Shown here: in pieces, positions 6,542-16,697 of the stretch
How positions within the stretch are numbered: the stretch's first letter is position 1
How the letters are laid out: each line of letters begins with the position of its first letter
Source of the DNA: Turneriella sp.
Lineage (GTDB): Bacteria; Spirochaetota; Leptospiria; Turneriellales; Turneriellaceae
DNA length: 19,790 nucleotides
Direction of reading: 5' to 3'
NCBI GenBank assembly: GCA_965279515.1
Contig: CBDIID010000002.1
Coordinates: forward strand, 1 to 19,790
Notes under the pieces: generated by a model
Seen by the model: only the letters and a program-made list of their open reading frames with translations
Told to the model about the DNA's origin: nothing
The model's database searches: none
Translations under genes and position numbers: made by a program

Positions 6542-7213
6542 ATGTCCCCAGCGCAGAAAATTTTTAAACTTCTCAAAGACAGCGGCGTTCTGTCGGCAAC
6601 AGGAACGGTAACTTTTGACTTTATGAGTACAGAAACGATTGTGAAAGATCGTAGCGTCGTTGGGAATATTATCCAGAGTTGGCTTGAAACGTGGCTAAAA
6701 TCAAAATCAATATCGTTTGATAAAAACCCCAATACTCAGGAGTCCCCGGACTTTTATCTTAATCCATCGGATAAAACGAGAGACCTACTCGAAGTGAAAT
6801 GTTTTTATAAGAGCGCCAATTTTGATGTGGGGAACTTCTTAGGATATTGTACGGAACTTGAACAGGCGCCGTATAAGCTGGGTGCTGACTATTTAATATT
6901 TTCGTATGCCATGTCGAGCGCTGGCGTAGTATCTATTAAAGATATCTGGTTGAAAAAGGTTTGGGAAATTTGTGGCCCCTCTGGGTCACATAAAATCAAG
7001 GTACAGGCAAAAAAAGGAGCCATAGTTAATATCCGGCCTGTTTCTTGGTACTCTAATAGACCTGAATTCGCACCCTTCAATAATCAACTCTTATTTTTAA
7101 AGGCATTGAACGATACTTTGAGAATAAGCACGGGAAATCATTTGTATGCTGCAGGTTGGCTGAAAAAAGTCCAGTCAGGCTACGAGACGTTTTCTGGCGT
7201 AAAGCTGACCTAG
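6542..7213 (+). CDS. Type II restriction endonuclease, NgoBV/NlaIV family (predicted GGNNCC)
   Basis: PD-(D/E)xK core (VVGNIIQSWL...NTQESPDFYL...LLEVKCF...NFDVGNF), plus ADYLIFSY, IKDIWLKKVWEI and NIRP. Adjacent to the NlaIV-like methyltransferase. Confidence 0.88.
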   Translation: MSPAQKIFKLLKDSGVLSATGTVTFDFMSTETIVKDRSVVGNIIQSWLETWLKSKSISFDKNPNTQESPDFYLNPSDKTRDLLEVKCFYKSANFDVGNFLGYCTELEQAPYKLGADYLIFSYAMSSAGVVSIKDIWLKKVWEICGPSGSHKIKVQAKKGAIVNIRPVSWYSNRPEFAPFNNQLLFLKALNDTLRISTGNHLYAAGWLKKVQSGYETFSGVKLT

Positions 7214-8518
7214 AGAACGTAAGGATAGCTCTTTAATAACAGTGACTATTACGGTGTTACCAAGTAAGTCGAAAGCCTCATCATATTTTATCCCATCGAT
7301 TTTGTAACTTTCTGGGAATCCAGAGAGTCTAAGCCCCTCCCGCACCGTTAGCCGCCGCAGCCCATTCTTATCCGGGACCGCCATCCGTGTTACATCTGTT
7401 GCAACTAATGTCGGAGCAATGTCGTTAGGGTCTAAAATTTTACTAATTTCGAAGCTAAGTTTTCCAGTAACTATATTATATCCTTTTTCTTTATCTTTGG
7501 CGTACTTCCGCTCTTCAAACACTTTTCCATCAGCTGTTTTTTGCGTTACCACATCTTTGGGATGTTCAAATGTTAGGTAGCCCTTTTTAACTAGATCATC
7601 CAACATCTCTTTTAACTTAGAGTGCGGGTAAAAAGTTTTAATTTCTCTTAGAGTAAGGGGCATTCCATCCATCCATTTAATGCCCTTGGATTCTGCCCAT
7701 TTCTTTTGTCGCCTCTGTTTGAGTAAGGCCGAGAGAAGTTTGCGCTGTTCTTTTGTTGTTTTACCTTTGATTTCGATGTCCCAGCTATGGATATTATTAT
7801 CCCCGCCTCTTTTGTCTTTGATGCTTTTTCCGTGCAGTTCTCCCAACGTAAAATGCTTTAATAGCTTATCTACAAAGGGTGACTCCATACATTTTAGATC
7901 TTGCTCTAGGACAGAGGATAGTTTGCTTCTCTTCAGCAGAAAATTATCTAGAGAAAGTTCCTGTGTTTTCGAGCCAATAATGTAAATTCTTTTTCTATTC
8001 TGCGGCACACCGAAGTCGCTGGCGTTTAGTACTTTCCAAGAAACGTAGTAACCAAGGCCAGTCAGTTTCTCTAGAATAGTCTCTAGTGTTCTGCCGTATG
8101 GCGCAGATCTATCTAGTTGATCGTGGTTTACTAAGCCTTCGACATTTTCTAAAAGAAATCCTTGGGGCTGCTTCGCTGCAAGGATGCGCTCGATTTCAAA
8201 GAAAAGAGTCCCGCGAGTATCAAGGAAACCTTTTCTGCTCCCAGCCGCGCTAAATGCCTGACAAGGAAACCCTGCCAGCAGAAAATCAAAAGATGGTATC
8301 TCGGTTTCTTTAATCTTGGTGATGTCCCCGCAAACTGTGCTATCGGAAAAATTTTGTTGATAAACTTGAATAGCGAACGGTTTAATTTCAGACGTGAAAA
8401 CGCACTCTGGTACAATTCCCATCTCTGTACAGGCGAGCTCAAAGCCTAGTCGCGTCCCGCCAATACCAGCAAAAAGATCTATAAAGCGTATTTTATTTCT
8501 TTTCATGTTTTCCGCCAT
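7175..8518 (-). CDS. C5-cytosine DNA methyltransferase, NlaIV-like (copy 2)
   Basis: Identical translation to 549..1892. Confidence 0.95.
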   Translation of the reverse strand: MAENMKRNKIRFIDLFAGIGGTRLGFELACTEMGIVPECVFTSEIKPFAIQVYQQNFSDSTVCGDITKIKETEIPSFDFLLAGFPCQAFSAAGSRKGFLDTRGTLFFEIERILAAKQPQGFLLENVEGLVNHDQLDRSAPYGRTLETILEKLTGLGYYVSWKVLNASDFGVPQNRKRIYIIGSKTQELSLDNFLLKRSKLSSVLEQDLKCMESPFVDKLLKHFTLGELHGKSIKDKRGGDNNIHSWDIEIKGKTTKEQRKLLSALLKQRRQKKWAESKGIKWMDGMPLTLREIKTFYPHSKLKEMLDDLVKKGYLTFEHPKDVVTQKTADGKVFEERKYAKDKEKGYNIVTGKLSFEISKILDPNDIAPTLVATDVTRMAVPDKNGLRRLTVREGLRLSGFPESYKIDGIKYDEAFDLLGNTVIVTVIKELSLRSLGQLYARKRLVA

Positions 8519-8636
8519 CCTTAGATAAAGAAATATCAGCTTTTTGGCAGAGGCACCAGACTTATTTCCCCTGTTTCGGGGTCAAGGGATACTTTACGAC
8601 AAGGATGAGATAACATCCGACCTCCAAGTTACCGCT

Positions 8637-8855
8637 TTAGTCGTTCTCAATTTCGATGCCGGGATATTTTTCCTCCACGGCTTTTTCAAGTTCCTCGCGG
8701 TCATAGTCTGATAACTCTTCAACTATCTCAGACCTTTCCTCGTCGCATATAGAGGCGATGAAAAAGGTGTTCATCTCTCGATCAGGTGACTCGGAGATAT
8801 ATGCCTTAAAGACGGTCTTTGGTTGCGCAGATTCCTCTGCTTTATCTATCATCAT
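8637..8855 (-). CDS. Acidic 72-aa hypothetical protein (copy 2)
   Basis: Identical to 2011..2229. Confidence 0.75.
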   Translation of the reverse strand: MMIDKAEESAQPKTVFKAYISESPDREMNTFFIASICDEERSEIVEELSDYDREELEKAVEEKYPGIEIEND

Positions 8856-8868
8856 CTAACTCCCCCTC

Positions 8869-9453
8869 CTATGCTTGCTGCTTTCCATCGGCATCAGAGC
8901 GCCCATCTAACCCCGGCAGCTGGGGCTGTTTGCCGCTATCCTTCAATTTGTAGCCCTTGACGAAGGCCAGACGATCGCCATTGAACATGAACCTGATATT
9001 TACAAAGAAATTCCCGTCATATGGGCTACGAAAAAGAAACTCTTTTTCCAGCAGCTCCCGTATCCCCCGCTGATATGTTCTTTCTTCGAGGTTGCTGGTT
9101 GCAGCCGCAAGGTGTACCTGATCCTTGCCGGGGTTTTCACGCACCTGCTTATAGACCAGTTCGAACACCGCCAGCCCAGCCTTAGAAAGCCCCGCTGCCT
9201 GTTTAAGGCCAGCGAAATACAGCTTCACGAACCGTTCCTTGTCCACCTCTTCCCACTCATAGACCATCGCTCCCCCATGCCCGAGGATTTCCCCGGTGCC
9301 GTTATCCACGACCAAGCCTTTCTGGTCGTTGCCGAGCCGCGCCCGCTTCGGCTTTCTGATTTCGTTGGCATCTGGAACGCTGGGGTTCGTCTGATAAACA
9401 GGAATCCCCCTCTTTTCTTTAATAACTGCGATGTTTTGTCGCTCTTCCGTCAT
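8869..9453 (-). CDS. repL: RepL-like replication initiator (copy 2)
   Basis: Identical to 2243..2827. Confidence 0.78.
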   Translation of the reverse strand: MTEERQNIAVIKEKRGIPVYQTNPSVPDANEIRKPKRARLGNDQKGLVVDNGTGEILGHGGAMVYEWEEVDKERFVKLYFAGLKQAAGLSKAGLAVFELVYKQVRENPGKDQVHLAAATSNLEERTYQRGIRELLEKEFLFRSPYDGNFFVNIRFMFNGDRLAFVKGYKLKDSGKQPQLPGLDGRSDADGKQQA

Positions 9454-9726
9454 TTGTGATTCTCTTTTTTGTCGTTATAGCGACACCACTTTGGCACTAA
9501 AGCGACATATTTTCAACACAGTTTTGTCGCTTTACCGACTATTTTTGACGGAGTGCCGACAGAATCTGTCGGACGCCATTCATAAATTTCAATGGGTTAG
9601 GTATATCTCTCTTCTTAGATATAATAAACCCTTATCTACCACAGCGCCGTAGCGCCCCCAAGGAGCTGGCGAAGGTGCTGTGGTGGATTCCAATTTCCCT
9701 TTTAAGAACCTCGGCAGTTATCCACA
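9437..9726. other. Putative replication origin with hairpin A and DnaA box (copy 2)
   Basis: Repeat of 2811..3100. Confidence 0.7.
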
Positions 9727-10071
9727 ACCCTATAAAACCGGAAAATTGCCCCTCTGGGGGGTAAGAGAGGCTCGGCAGGGCGAGCGCTAGCTGGGCTTGC
9801 AGTTCTAAGCCCCCTGCCCCGCGCTAATGGCTTTTTAGAAGGCTTTCCGTAGGGCGAAGCCCTGCACCCGTTCGAGGGTCTTTTTGATGCGCCTGCCGCG
9901 TACCAAAGTTTCTGTTCAAGGAGGAACAGAACCGCTATCGCTCCGCTTGTGTATTTTAGACCGTGAGCGCTTTGGCGCTACAGAGGGTCGTTTGGTATCT
10001 AGGGAGCTGCGTGTCGTGGTGCGCAACAGACTATCAAATATAGCATAAGTACTATGAAAAGTCAAGGAAAA

Positions 10072-10491
10072 TTAGCCAAATATCCGGGCAAAAAGCCCCT
10101 TCTTTTCTGGTTTCTCCTGCCGCTGGTCGGCCAGCAGCCGAACACTTACGATTTGATCTTCCAGCAGTTTCATTGTCTTAGAGTGGTTTTCTTCTGCTTT
10201 TCCGAGCTGATCTTGCAATAAATCGATCTGCTCACGTAATAGTTTATTCTCCGCCTCTAGCACCCTGTTATCGTTGCCGGAAACTTGCTGGATACCAGAG
10301 GAAACTGGTTCGCTCTGGTTTGTGGGTGCCTCGCTCTTAGGTGGATACACCCTGAACAATTCGGCAGGGTCTATGTCCCATTCGCCGTGGTCGTTCTTTT
10401 TAGCAGAAAGTTTCCCCTTAACAATGGCTTTCTTAATACCCGCTTTGGTCATTCCGACACGATCAGCGGCCTCTAGCAGTGATATTCCCAT
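10072..10491 (-). CDS. HTH/coiled-coil Par-like protein (copy 2)
   Basis: Identical to 3446..3865. Confidence 0.8.
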   Translation of the reverse strand: MGISLLEAADRVGMTKAGIKKAIVKGKLSAKKNDHGEWDIDPAELFRVYPPKSEAPTNQSEPVSSGIQQVSGNDNRVLEAENKLLREQIDLLQDQLGKAEENHSKTMKLLEDQIVSVRLLADQRQEKPEKKGLFARIFG

Positions 10492-10620
10492 GTGGATACT
10501 CCTGAAACTGGTTTCCCCGCTTTTTAGGGTACTGGTTTCCACCCTTCATTGGAAGCCCCTGCCCTCGGTATGCTGCGGTTTCCACCAAGTTTTGCCCCTG
10601 AGTTTGCTTTGGTATCCACC
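10492..10620. repeat. RGTWTCC repeat array (copy 2)
   Basis: Repeat of 3866..3994. Confidence 0.7.
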
Positions 10621-10732
10621 TGAAATTAACCAGTCGTTAATATTTTGCCGATATTATCGCTACTCATACCCACACTCTCAGGCATCGGAATCCAGCTCGA
10701 CACCCGAGCATTGTAAATTTCGGCCCCCTGCA

Positions 10733-10769
10733 AGGGCGCACTTACGCATTGCCCCCAAGAGGGCAATGC
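10733..10769 (-). other. oriT: MOBQ oriT (copy 2)
   Basis: Repeat of 4107..4143. Confidence 0.9.
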
Positions 10770-10977
10770 ACGCGCGGTCAGGCGCTTCGCCCTGACAACC
10801 AGACCAAGGGGCGCGGTGCGTCCCCTTTGGAAACCCGGCCCCGGATATTTGCTTCTGGCAACTATCCCGGAGCCATGCACCCGGCGCAGCCGGGCAGGGG
10901 GATACCCCCTGAAACCCCGCCCGGTGAACGTCCTCCGATGTCGGAGCGTACCGGGCAAGAAAGACGGAGGCGCACCC

Positions 10978-12456
10978 TTGGCGATATTCCATGCCTCCGT
11001 CAGGACTATCAGCCGCGCCTCCGGGCGGTCTGCGACCGCTGCCGCCGCGTATCGGTCTGGCACCGCCATCACCGACACCCGCGACGGCCTGACCCACGAC
11101 TACACCCGCAAGGGCGGTGTAGCGGGGTCATTCATCGTCCTGCCAGCCGGGGCAGGGGCTTCTGGCTTCCTCGACCGCTCTATCCTCTGGAACGCTGCCG
11201 AGGCTGCCGAGAAGCGCAAGGACGCTCGCGTAGCCCGCGAGCTGATCCTTGCCCTGCCGCACGAGCTGGACGATGAGGGCAGGGAAGCCGCCGCCAGAGA
11301 CATGGCGGAATGGCTTGCCGCCCGGTACGGGGTCGCCGTGGACGTATCCCGGCATAACCCCGACCGTCAGGGCGACACTCGCAACCATCACGCCCACCTG
11401 TTATTTACCACCCGCGCTGTGACCGCCGACGGCATGGGCGCCAAAACCCGCCAGCTGGACGACCACAAAACAGGGCCGCTCGAAGTCCAGGCCATTCGCC
11501 TGGCCTGGGAGTCGATTGCCAACGCCGCGCTCGAGCGGGCAGGGGTCGCCGCCCGCATCGACCACCGCAGCCATGAGGAACTTGGCATCGAGCTGCCGCC
11601 GCAGATTCATGTTGGTGTCCGGGCCCGCGGTATGAGCCGCCGCGGGGTGAAGCCGCGGGATAGTGTCGTGCATGTGGACTTCCGGGGCCGGGAAATAAAT
11701 TATCCCGCCATCGATGCAGGCGGCACCCGCGAAGAACACAACGCCGAGATTATATCCCTGCAGCAGTACCGCGACACCATGCAGGAGCAGCGGGAGCAAC
11801 AGGCCGGGCTGCACGAAGAGGAAATACTTGAGAACCAAATCCTTGAGCTGCAGGAGCGGGCAGGGGATCTGCACGGCGACATAACCGCCATGGAATCCAT
11901 GCTCCACAGTCACCTGTTATCCGACGACCTCCGGGCGCGTATCCGTATCGCGCTAGAAAAAGCCATTGTCGCCATCTTCTACCGCCACCAGCACGAAACC
12001 GATTATCTCCGGGCGCGGGCAGAGGCGCAGCGGCAGGAAAAGGAAATCGAGCAGAAGAAGGCTGAATACCATCGTATGCAGCAGCAGATTGTCGAGCTAC
12101 AGATCCGGCAGAAAGAGCTGCAAGCGCAGTATGCCGCTAATCGGGAGCTGGCCGGCAGGGTGGAACACATGGCGGCCGCGCTGGCTCTGCCGGCCGCCGG
12201 CATTAAAATTCAAATACCGTTAACCATACGCTTCGAAGAAGTGGCTATGCAGGGTAGGGTGCAGAAGCAGGCTACCGCCGAGCTGATACAGGCGGTAACT
12301 TCACCACCGCCCGTGGTGAGCAAACCCGCGCAAGCCACGCTTGAGCTGCGGCAGAGTGTCCTGCAGGTCAAAGAGCTGCTGGCGCGATCAAACCAACCGA
12401 AGCGGGCAGGGGCGCAGCGCGTGACCGTCACGGCTAATATTTCTATGCGGAAATAA
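10978..12456 (+). CDS. mobA: MobA/MobL relaxase (copy 2)
   Basis: Identical to 4352..5830. Confidence 0.93.
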   Translation: MAIFHASVRTISRASGRSATAAAAYRSGTAITDTRDGLTHDYTRKGGVAGSFIVLPAGAGASGFLDRSILWNAAEAAEKRKDARVARELILALPHELDDEGREAAARDMAEWLAARYGVAVDVSRHNPDRQGDTRNHHAHLLFTTRAVTADGMGAKTRQLDDHKTGPLEVQAIRLAWESIANAALERAGVAARIDHRSHEELGIELPPQIHVGVRARGMSRRGVKPRDSVVHVDFRGREINYPAIDAGGTREEHNAEIISLQQYRDTMQEQREQQAGLHEEEILENQILELQERAGDLHGDITAMESMLHSHLLSDDLRARIRIALEKAIVAIFYRHQHETDYLRARAEAQRQEKEIEQKKAEYHRMQQQIVELQIRQKELQAQYAANRELAGRVEHMAAALALPAAGIKIQIPLTIRFEEVAMQGRVQKQATAELIQAVTSPPPVVSKPAQATLELRQSVLQVKELLARSNQPKRAGAQRVTVTANISMRK

Positions 12457-12506
12457 AAACCCGCCCTACGCCAGCTCCTTGGGGGCGCTCCGGGCGGGTT
12501 TTTATT
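12452..12506. terminator. Hairpin B (copy 2)
   Basis: Repeat of 5826..5880. Confidence 0.8.
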
Positions 12507-12831
12507 ATTTACGGACGGAAGCCCTTGCGCCCTCATCCGACCACAAAAGCCGCTGACAGTCGCCGCGCTCGATGGTGGATTTTTTGCGTCGCACGTTGTC
12601 GCCGACATTGACACCGGGAGGGGCTTTAGCCCCGGCATCGAGGGAGAGGACTTCGACCGCCCGTATATGCAGCTGCAGGAAGTCTCCCAAACCCTTAACC
12701 TCCGCCGTCAGAATCTGCTCGCCTATCTTGTCAGGCTTGCCACGCTTTTTATTTGGTGCCGACCATATCGGCTCTTTCCACTTGATAACATCTGCGACAA
12801 TCGGGGAGGGGCAGGGCGTCCAAGTGCTCAT
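12505..12831 (-). CDS. Hypothetical 108-aa protein (copy 2)
   Basis: Identical to 5879..6205. Confidence 0.75.
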   Translation of the reverse strand: MSTWTPCPSPIVADVIKWKEPIWSAPNKKRGKPDKIGEQILTAEVKGLGDFLQLHIRAVEVLSLDAGAKAPPGVNVGDNVRRKKSTIERGDCQRLLWSDEGARASVRK

Positions 12832-13007
12832 CGCTGCCCACGCATAAGTTTTACCAGATCTTCCAAAAGCTCCACTATCTGCTCTTGCGCCGCCGCTATT
12901 CTTTCGATGTTAACCCCCATATCCTCATCGGCGCTTTCTTTGGCATTGCGATCCTCTTCCCATCGTTCTTCCTCGGCCTCTGCCGCCTCATCCTTTTTCT
13001 TGCTCAT
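12828..13007 (-). CDS. Acidic 59-aa protein (copy 2)
   Basis: Repeat of 6202..6381. Confidence 0.75.
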   Translation of the reverse strand: MSKKKDEAAEAEEERWEEDRNAKESADEDMGVNIERIAAAQEQIVELLEDLVKLMRGQR

Positions 13008-13167
13008 CTTTCGTCCTTATGTCCGCGCCATTCCCATGGGCTAAAAGCTGCATGGCTAATTGTCTGATAATGTATCTTCTGGGAAAAGCGTCTGTTATGC
13101 TTTGATAAGATTGATCTTGTTAATTAGACTGTTTCACAGCTTGCCGATATAGACAATAGGATTAGAA

Positions 13168-13839
13168 ATGTCCCCAGCGCAGAAAATTTTTAAACTTCTC
13201 AAAGACAGCGGCGTTCTGTCGGCAACAGGAACGGTAACTTTTGACTTTATGAGTACAGAAACGATTGTGAAAGATCGTAGCGTCGTTGGGAATATTATCC
13301 AGAGTTGGCTTGAAACGTGGCTAAAATCAAAATCAATATCGTTTGATAAAAACCCCAATACTCAGGAGTCCCCGGACTTTTATCTTAATCCATCGGATAA
13401 AACGAGAGACCTACTCGAAGTGAAATGTTTTTATAAGAGCGCCAATTTTGATGTGGGGAACTTCTTAGGATATTGTACGGAACTTGAACAGGCGCCGTAT
13501 AAGCTGGGTGCTGACTATTTAATATTTTCGTATGCCATGTCGAGCGCTGGCGTAGTATCTATTAAAGATATCTGGTTGAAAAAGGTTTGGGAAATTTGTG
13601 GCCCCTCTGGGTCACATAAAATCAAGGTACAGGCAAAAAAAGGAGCCATAGTTAATATCCGGCCTGTTTCTTGGTACTCTAATAGACCTGAATTCGCACC
13701 CTTCAATAATCAACTCTTATTTTTAAAGGCATTGAACGATACTTTGAGAATAAGCACGGGAAATCATTTGTATGCTGCAGGTTGGCTGAAAAAAGTCCAG
13801 TCAGGCTACGAGACGTTTTCTGGCGTAAAGCTGACCTAG
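13168..13839 (+). CDS. NgoBV/NlaIV-family restriction endonuclease (second intact copy)
   Basis: Identical to 6542..7213. Confidence 0.88.
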   Translation: MSPAQKIFKLLKDSGVLSATGTVTFDFMSTETIVKDRSVVGNIIQSWLETWLKSKSISFDKNPNTQESPDFYLNPSDKTRDLLEVKCFYKSANFDVGNFLGYCTELEQAPYKLGADYLIFSYAMSSAGVVSIKDIWLKKVWEICGPSGSHKIKVQAKKGAIVNIRPVSWYSNRPEFAPFNNQLLFLKALNDTLRISTGNHLYAAGWLKKVQSGYETFSGVKLT

Positions 13840-15144
13840 AGAACGTAAGGATAGCTCTTTAATAACAGTGACTATTACGGTGTTACCAAGTAAGTCGAAA
13901 GCCTCATCATATTTTATCCCATCGATTTTGTAACTTTCTGGGAATCCAGAGAGTCTAAGCCCCTCCCGCACCGTTAGCCGCCGCAGCCCATTCTTATCCG
14001 GGACCGCCATCCGTGTTACATCTGTTGCAACTAATGTCGGAGCAATGTCGTTAGGGTCTAAAATTTTACTAATTTCGAAGCTAAGTTTTCCAGTAACTAT
14101 ATTATATCCTTTTTCTTTATCTTTGGCGTACTTCCGCTCTTCAAACACTTTTCCATCAGCTGTTTTTTGCGTTACCACATCTTTGGGATGTTCAAATGTT
14201 AGGTAGCCCTTTTTAACTAGATCATCCAACATCTCTTTTAACTTAGAGTGCGGGTAAAAAGTTTTAATTTCTCTTAGAGTAAGGGGCATTCCATCCATCC
14301 ATTTAATGCCCTTGGATTCTGCCCATTTCTTTTGTCGCCTCTGTTTGAGTAAGGCCGAGAGAAGTTTGCGCTGTTCTTTTGTTGTTTTACCTTTGATTTC
14401 GATGTCCCAGCTATGGATATTATTATCCCCGCCTCTTTTGTCTTTGATGCTTTTTCCGTGCAGTTCTCCCAACGTAAAATGCTTTAATAGCTTATCTACA
14501 AAGGGTGACTCCATACATTTTAGATCTTGCTCTAGGACAGAGGATAGTTTGCTTCTCTTCAGCAGAAAATTATCTAGAGAAAGTTCCTGTGTTTTCGAGC
14601 CAATAATGTAAATTCTTTTTCTATTCTGCGGCACACCGAAGTCGCTGGCGTTTAGTACTTTCCAAGAAACGTAGTAACCAAGGCCAGTCAGTTTCTCTAG
14701 AATAGTCTCTAGTGTTCTGCCGTATGGCGCAGATCTATCTAGTTGATCGTGGTTTACTAAGCCTTCGACATTTTCTAAAAGAAATCCTTGGGGCTGCTTC
14801 GCTGCAAGGATGCGCTCGATTTCAAAGAAAAGAGTCCCGCGAGTATCAAGGAAACCTTTTCTGCTCCCAGCCGCGCTAAATGCCTGACAAGGAAACCCTG
14901 CCAGCAGAAAATCAAAAGATGGTATCTCGGTTTCTTTAATCTTGGTGATGTCCCCGCAAACTGTGCTATCGGAAAAATTTTGTTGATAAACTTGAATAGC
15001 GAACGGTTTAATTTCAGACGTGAAAACGCACTCTGGTACAATTCCCATCTCTGTACAGGCGAGCTCAAAGCCTAGTCGCGTCCCGCCAATACCAGCAAAA
15101 AGATCTATAAAGCGTATTTTATTTCTTTTCATGTTTTCCGCCAT
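13801..15144 (-). CDS. C5-cytosine DNA methyltransferase, NlaIV-like (copy 3)
   Basis: Identical translation to 549..1892. Confidence 0.95.
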   Translation of the reverse strand: MAENMKRNKIRFIDLFAGIGGTRLGFELACTEMGIVPECVFTSEIKPFAIQVYQQNFSDSTVCGDITKIKETEIPSFDFLLAGFPCQAFSAAGSRKGFLDTRGTLFFEIERILAAKQPQGFLLENVEGLVNHDQLDRSAPYGRTLETILEKLTGLGYYVSWKVLNASDFGVPQNRKRIYIIGSKTQELSLDNFLLKRSKLSSVLEQDLKCMESPFVDKLLKHFTLGELHGKSIKDKRGGDNNIHSWDIEIKGKTTKEQRKLLSALLKQRRQKKWAESKGIKWMDGMPLTLREIKTFYPHSKLKEMLDDLVKKGYLTFEHPKDVVTQKTADGKVFEERKYAKDKEKGYNIVTGKLSFEISKILDPNDIAPTLVATDVTRMAVPDKNGLRRLTVREGLRLSGFPESYKIDGIKYDEAFDLLGNTVIVTVIKELSLRSLGQLYARKRLVA

Positions 15145-15262
15145 CCTTAGATAAAGAAATATCAGCTTTTTGGCAGAGGCACCAGACTTATTTCCCCTGT
15201 TTCGGGGTCAAGGGATACTTTACGACAAGGATGAGATAACATCCGACCTCCAAGTTACCGCT

Positions 15263-15481
15263 TTAGTCGTTCTCAATTTCGATGCCGGGATATTTTTCCT
15301 CCACGGCTTTTTCAAGTTCCTCGCGGTCATAGTCTGATAACTCTTCAACTATCTCAGACCTTTCCTCGTCGCATATAGAGGCGATGAAAAAGGTGTTCAT
15401 CTCTCGATCAGGTGACTCGGAGATATATGCCTTAAAGACGGTCTTTGGTTGCGCAGATTCCTCTGCTTTATCTATCATCAT
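15263..15481 (-). CDS. Acidic 72-aa hypothetical protein (copy 3)
   Basis: Identical to 2011..2229. Confidence 0.75.
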   Translation of the reverse strand: MMIDKAEESAQPKTVFKAYISESPDREMNTFFIASICDEERSEIVEELSDYDREELEKAVEEKYPGIEIEND

Positions 15482-15494
15482 CTAACTCCCCCTC

Positions 15495-16079
15495 CTATGC
15501 TTGCTGCTTTCCATCGGCATCAGAGCGCCCATCTAACCCCGGCAGCTGGGGCTGTTTGCCGCTATCCTTCAATTTGTAGCCCTTGACGAAGGCCAGACGA
15601 TCGCCATTGAACATGAACCTGATATTTACAAAGAAATTCCCGTCATATGGGCTACGAAAAAGAAACTCTTTTTCCAGCAGCTCCCGTATCCCCCGCTGAT
15701 ATGTTCTTTCTTCGAGGTTGCTGGTTGCAGCCGCAAGGTGTACCTGATCCTTGCCGGGGTTTTCACGCACCTGCTTATAGACCAGTTCGAACACCGCCAG
15801 CCCAGCCTTAGAAAGCCCCGCTGCCTGTTTAAGGCCAGCGAAATACAGCTTCACGAACCGTTCCTTGTCCACCTCTTCCCACTCATAGACCATCGCTCCC
15901 CCATGCCCGAGGATTTCCCCGGTGCCGTTATCCACGACCAAGCCTTTCTGGTCGTTGCCGAGCCGCGCCCGCTTCGGCTTTCTGATTTCGTTGGCATCTG
16001 GAACGCTGGGGTTCGTCTGATAAACAGGAATCCCCCTCTTTTCTTTAATAACTGCGATGTTTTGTCGCTCTTCCGTCAT
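15495..16079 (-). CDS. repL: RepL-like replication initiator (copy 3)
   Basis: Identical to 2243..2827. Confidence 0.78.
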   Translation of the reverse strand: MTEERQNIAVIKEKRGIPVYQTNPSVPDANEIRKPKRARLGNDQKGLVVDNGTGEILGHGGAMVYEWEEVDKERFVKLYFAGLKQAAGLSKAGLAVFELVYKQVRENPGKDQVHLAAATSNLEERTYQRGIRELLEKEFLFRSPYDGNFFVNIRFMFNGDRLAFVKGYKLKDSGKQPQLPGLDGRSDADGKQQA

Positions 16080-16352
16080 TTGTGATTCTCTTTTTTGTCG
16101 TTATAGCGACACCACTTTGGCACTAAAGCGACATATTTTCAACACAGTTTTGTCGCTTTACCGACTATTTTTGACGGAGTGCCGACAGAATCTGTCGGAC
16201 GCCATTCATAAATTTCAATGGGTTAGGTATATCTCTCTTCTTAGATATAATAAACCCTTATCTACCACAGCGCCGTAGCGCCCCCAAGGAGCTGGCGAAG
16301 GTGCTGTGGTGGATTCCAATTTCCCTTTTAAGAACCTCGGCAGTTATCCACA
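16063..16352. other. Putative replication origin with hairpin A and DnaA box (copy 3)
   Basis: Repeat of 2811..3100. Confidence 0.7.
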
Positions 16353-16697
16353 ACCCTATAAAACCGGAAAATTGCCCCTCTGGGGGGTAAGAGAGGCTCG
16401 GCAGGGCGAGCGCTAGCTGGGCTTGCAGTTCTAAGCCCCCTGCCCCGCGCTAATGGCTTTTTAGAAGGCTTTCCGTAGGGCGAAGCCCTGCACCCGTTCG
16501 AGGGTCTTTTTGATGCGCCTGCCGCGTACCAAAGTTTCTGTTCAAGGAGGAACAGAACCGCTATCGCTCCGCTTGTGTATTTTAGACCGTGAGCGCTTTG
16601 GCGCTACAGAGGGTCGTTTGGTATCTAGGGAGCTGCGTGTCGTGGTGCGCAACAGACTATCAAATATAGCATAAGTACTATGAAAAGTCAAGGAAAA

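Larger units (their letters stand above)
1..6627. mobile_element. Small mobilisable plasmid unit, copy 1 (6626 bp plus 1 extra T)
   Basis: Position 1 (tacagaaacg...) recurs at 6628 and 13254. The unit holds rep, an origin-like region, oriT, a relaxase and RM cargo, with no chromosomal genes. Confidence 0.93.
6628..13253. repeat. Plasmid unit copy 2 (direct tandem repeat, 6626 bp)
   Basis: ORFs recur at +6626 with identical translations, apart from the copy-1 frameshift. Confidence 0.97.

Noticed and set aside
1054..6732. Overlapping and antisense ORFs (1054+, 1536+, 2486+, 2805+, 3648+, 4000-, 4052-, 4123+, 4775-, 5584-, 6041+, 6508- and others)
   Set aside because: They are shadow frames of better-supported genes or cross origin/oriT DNA, with no recognisable motifs.
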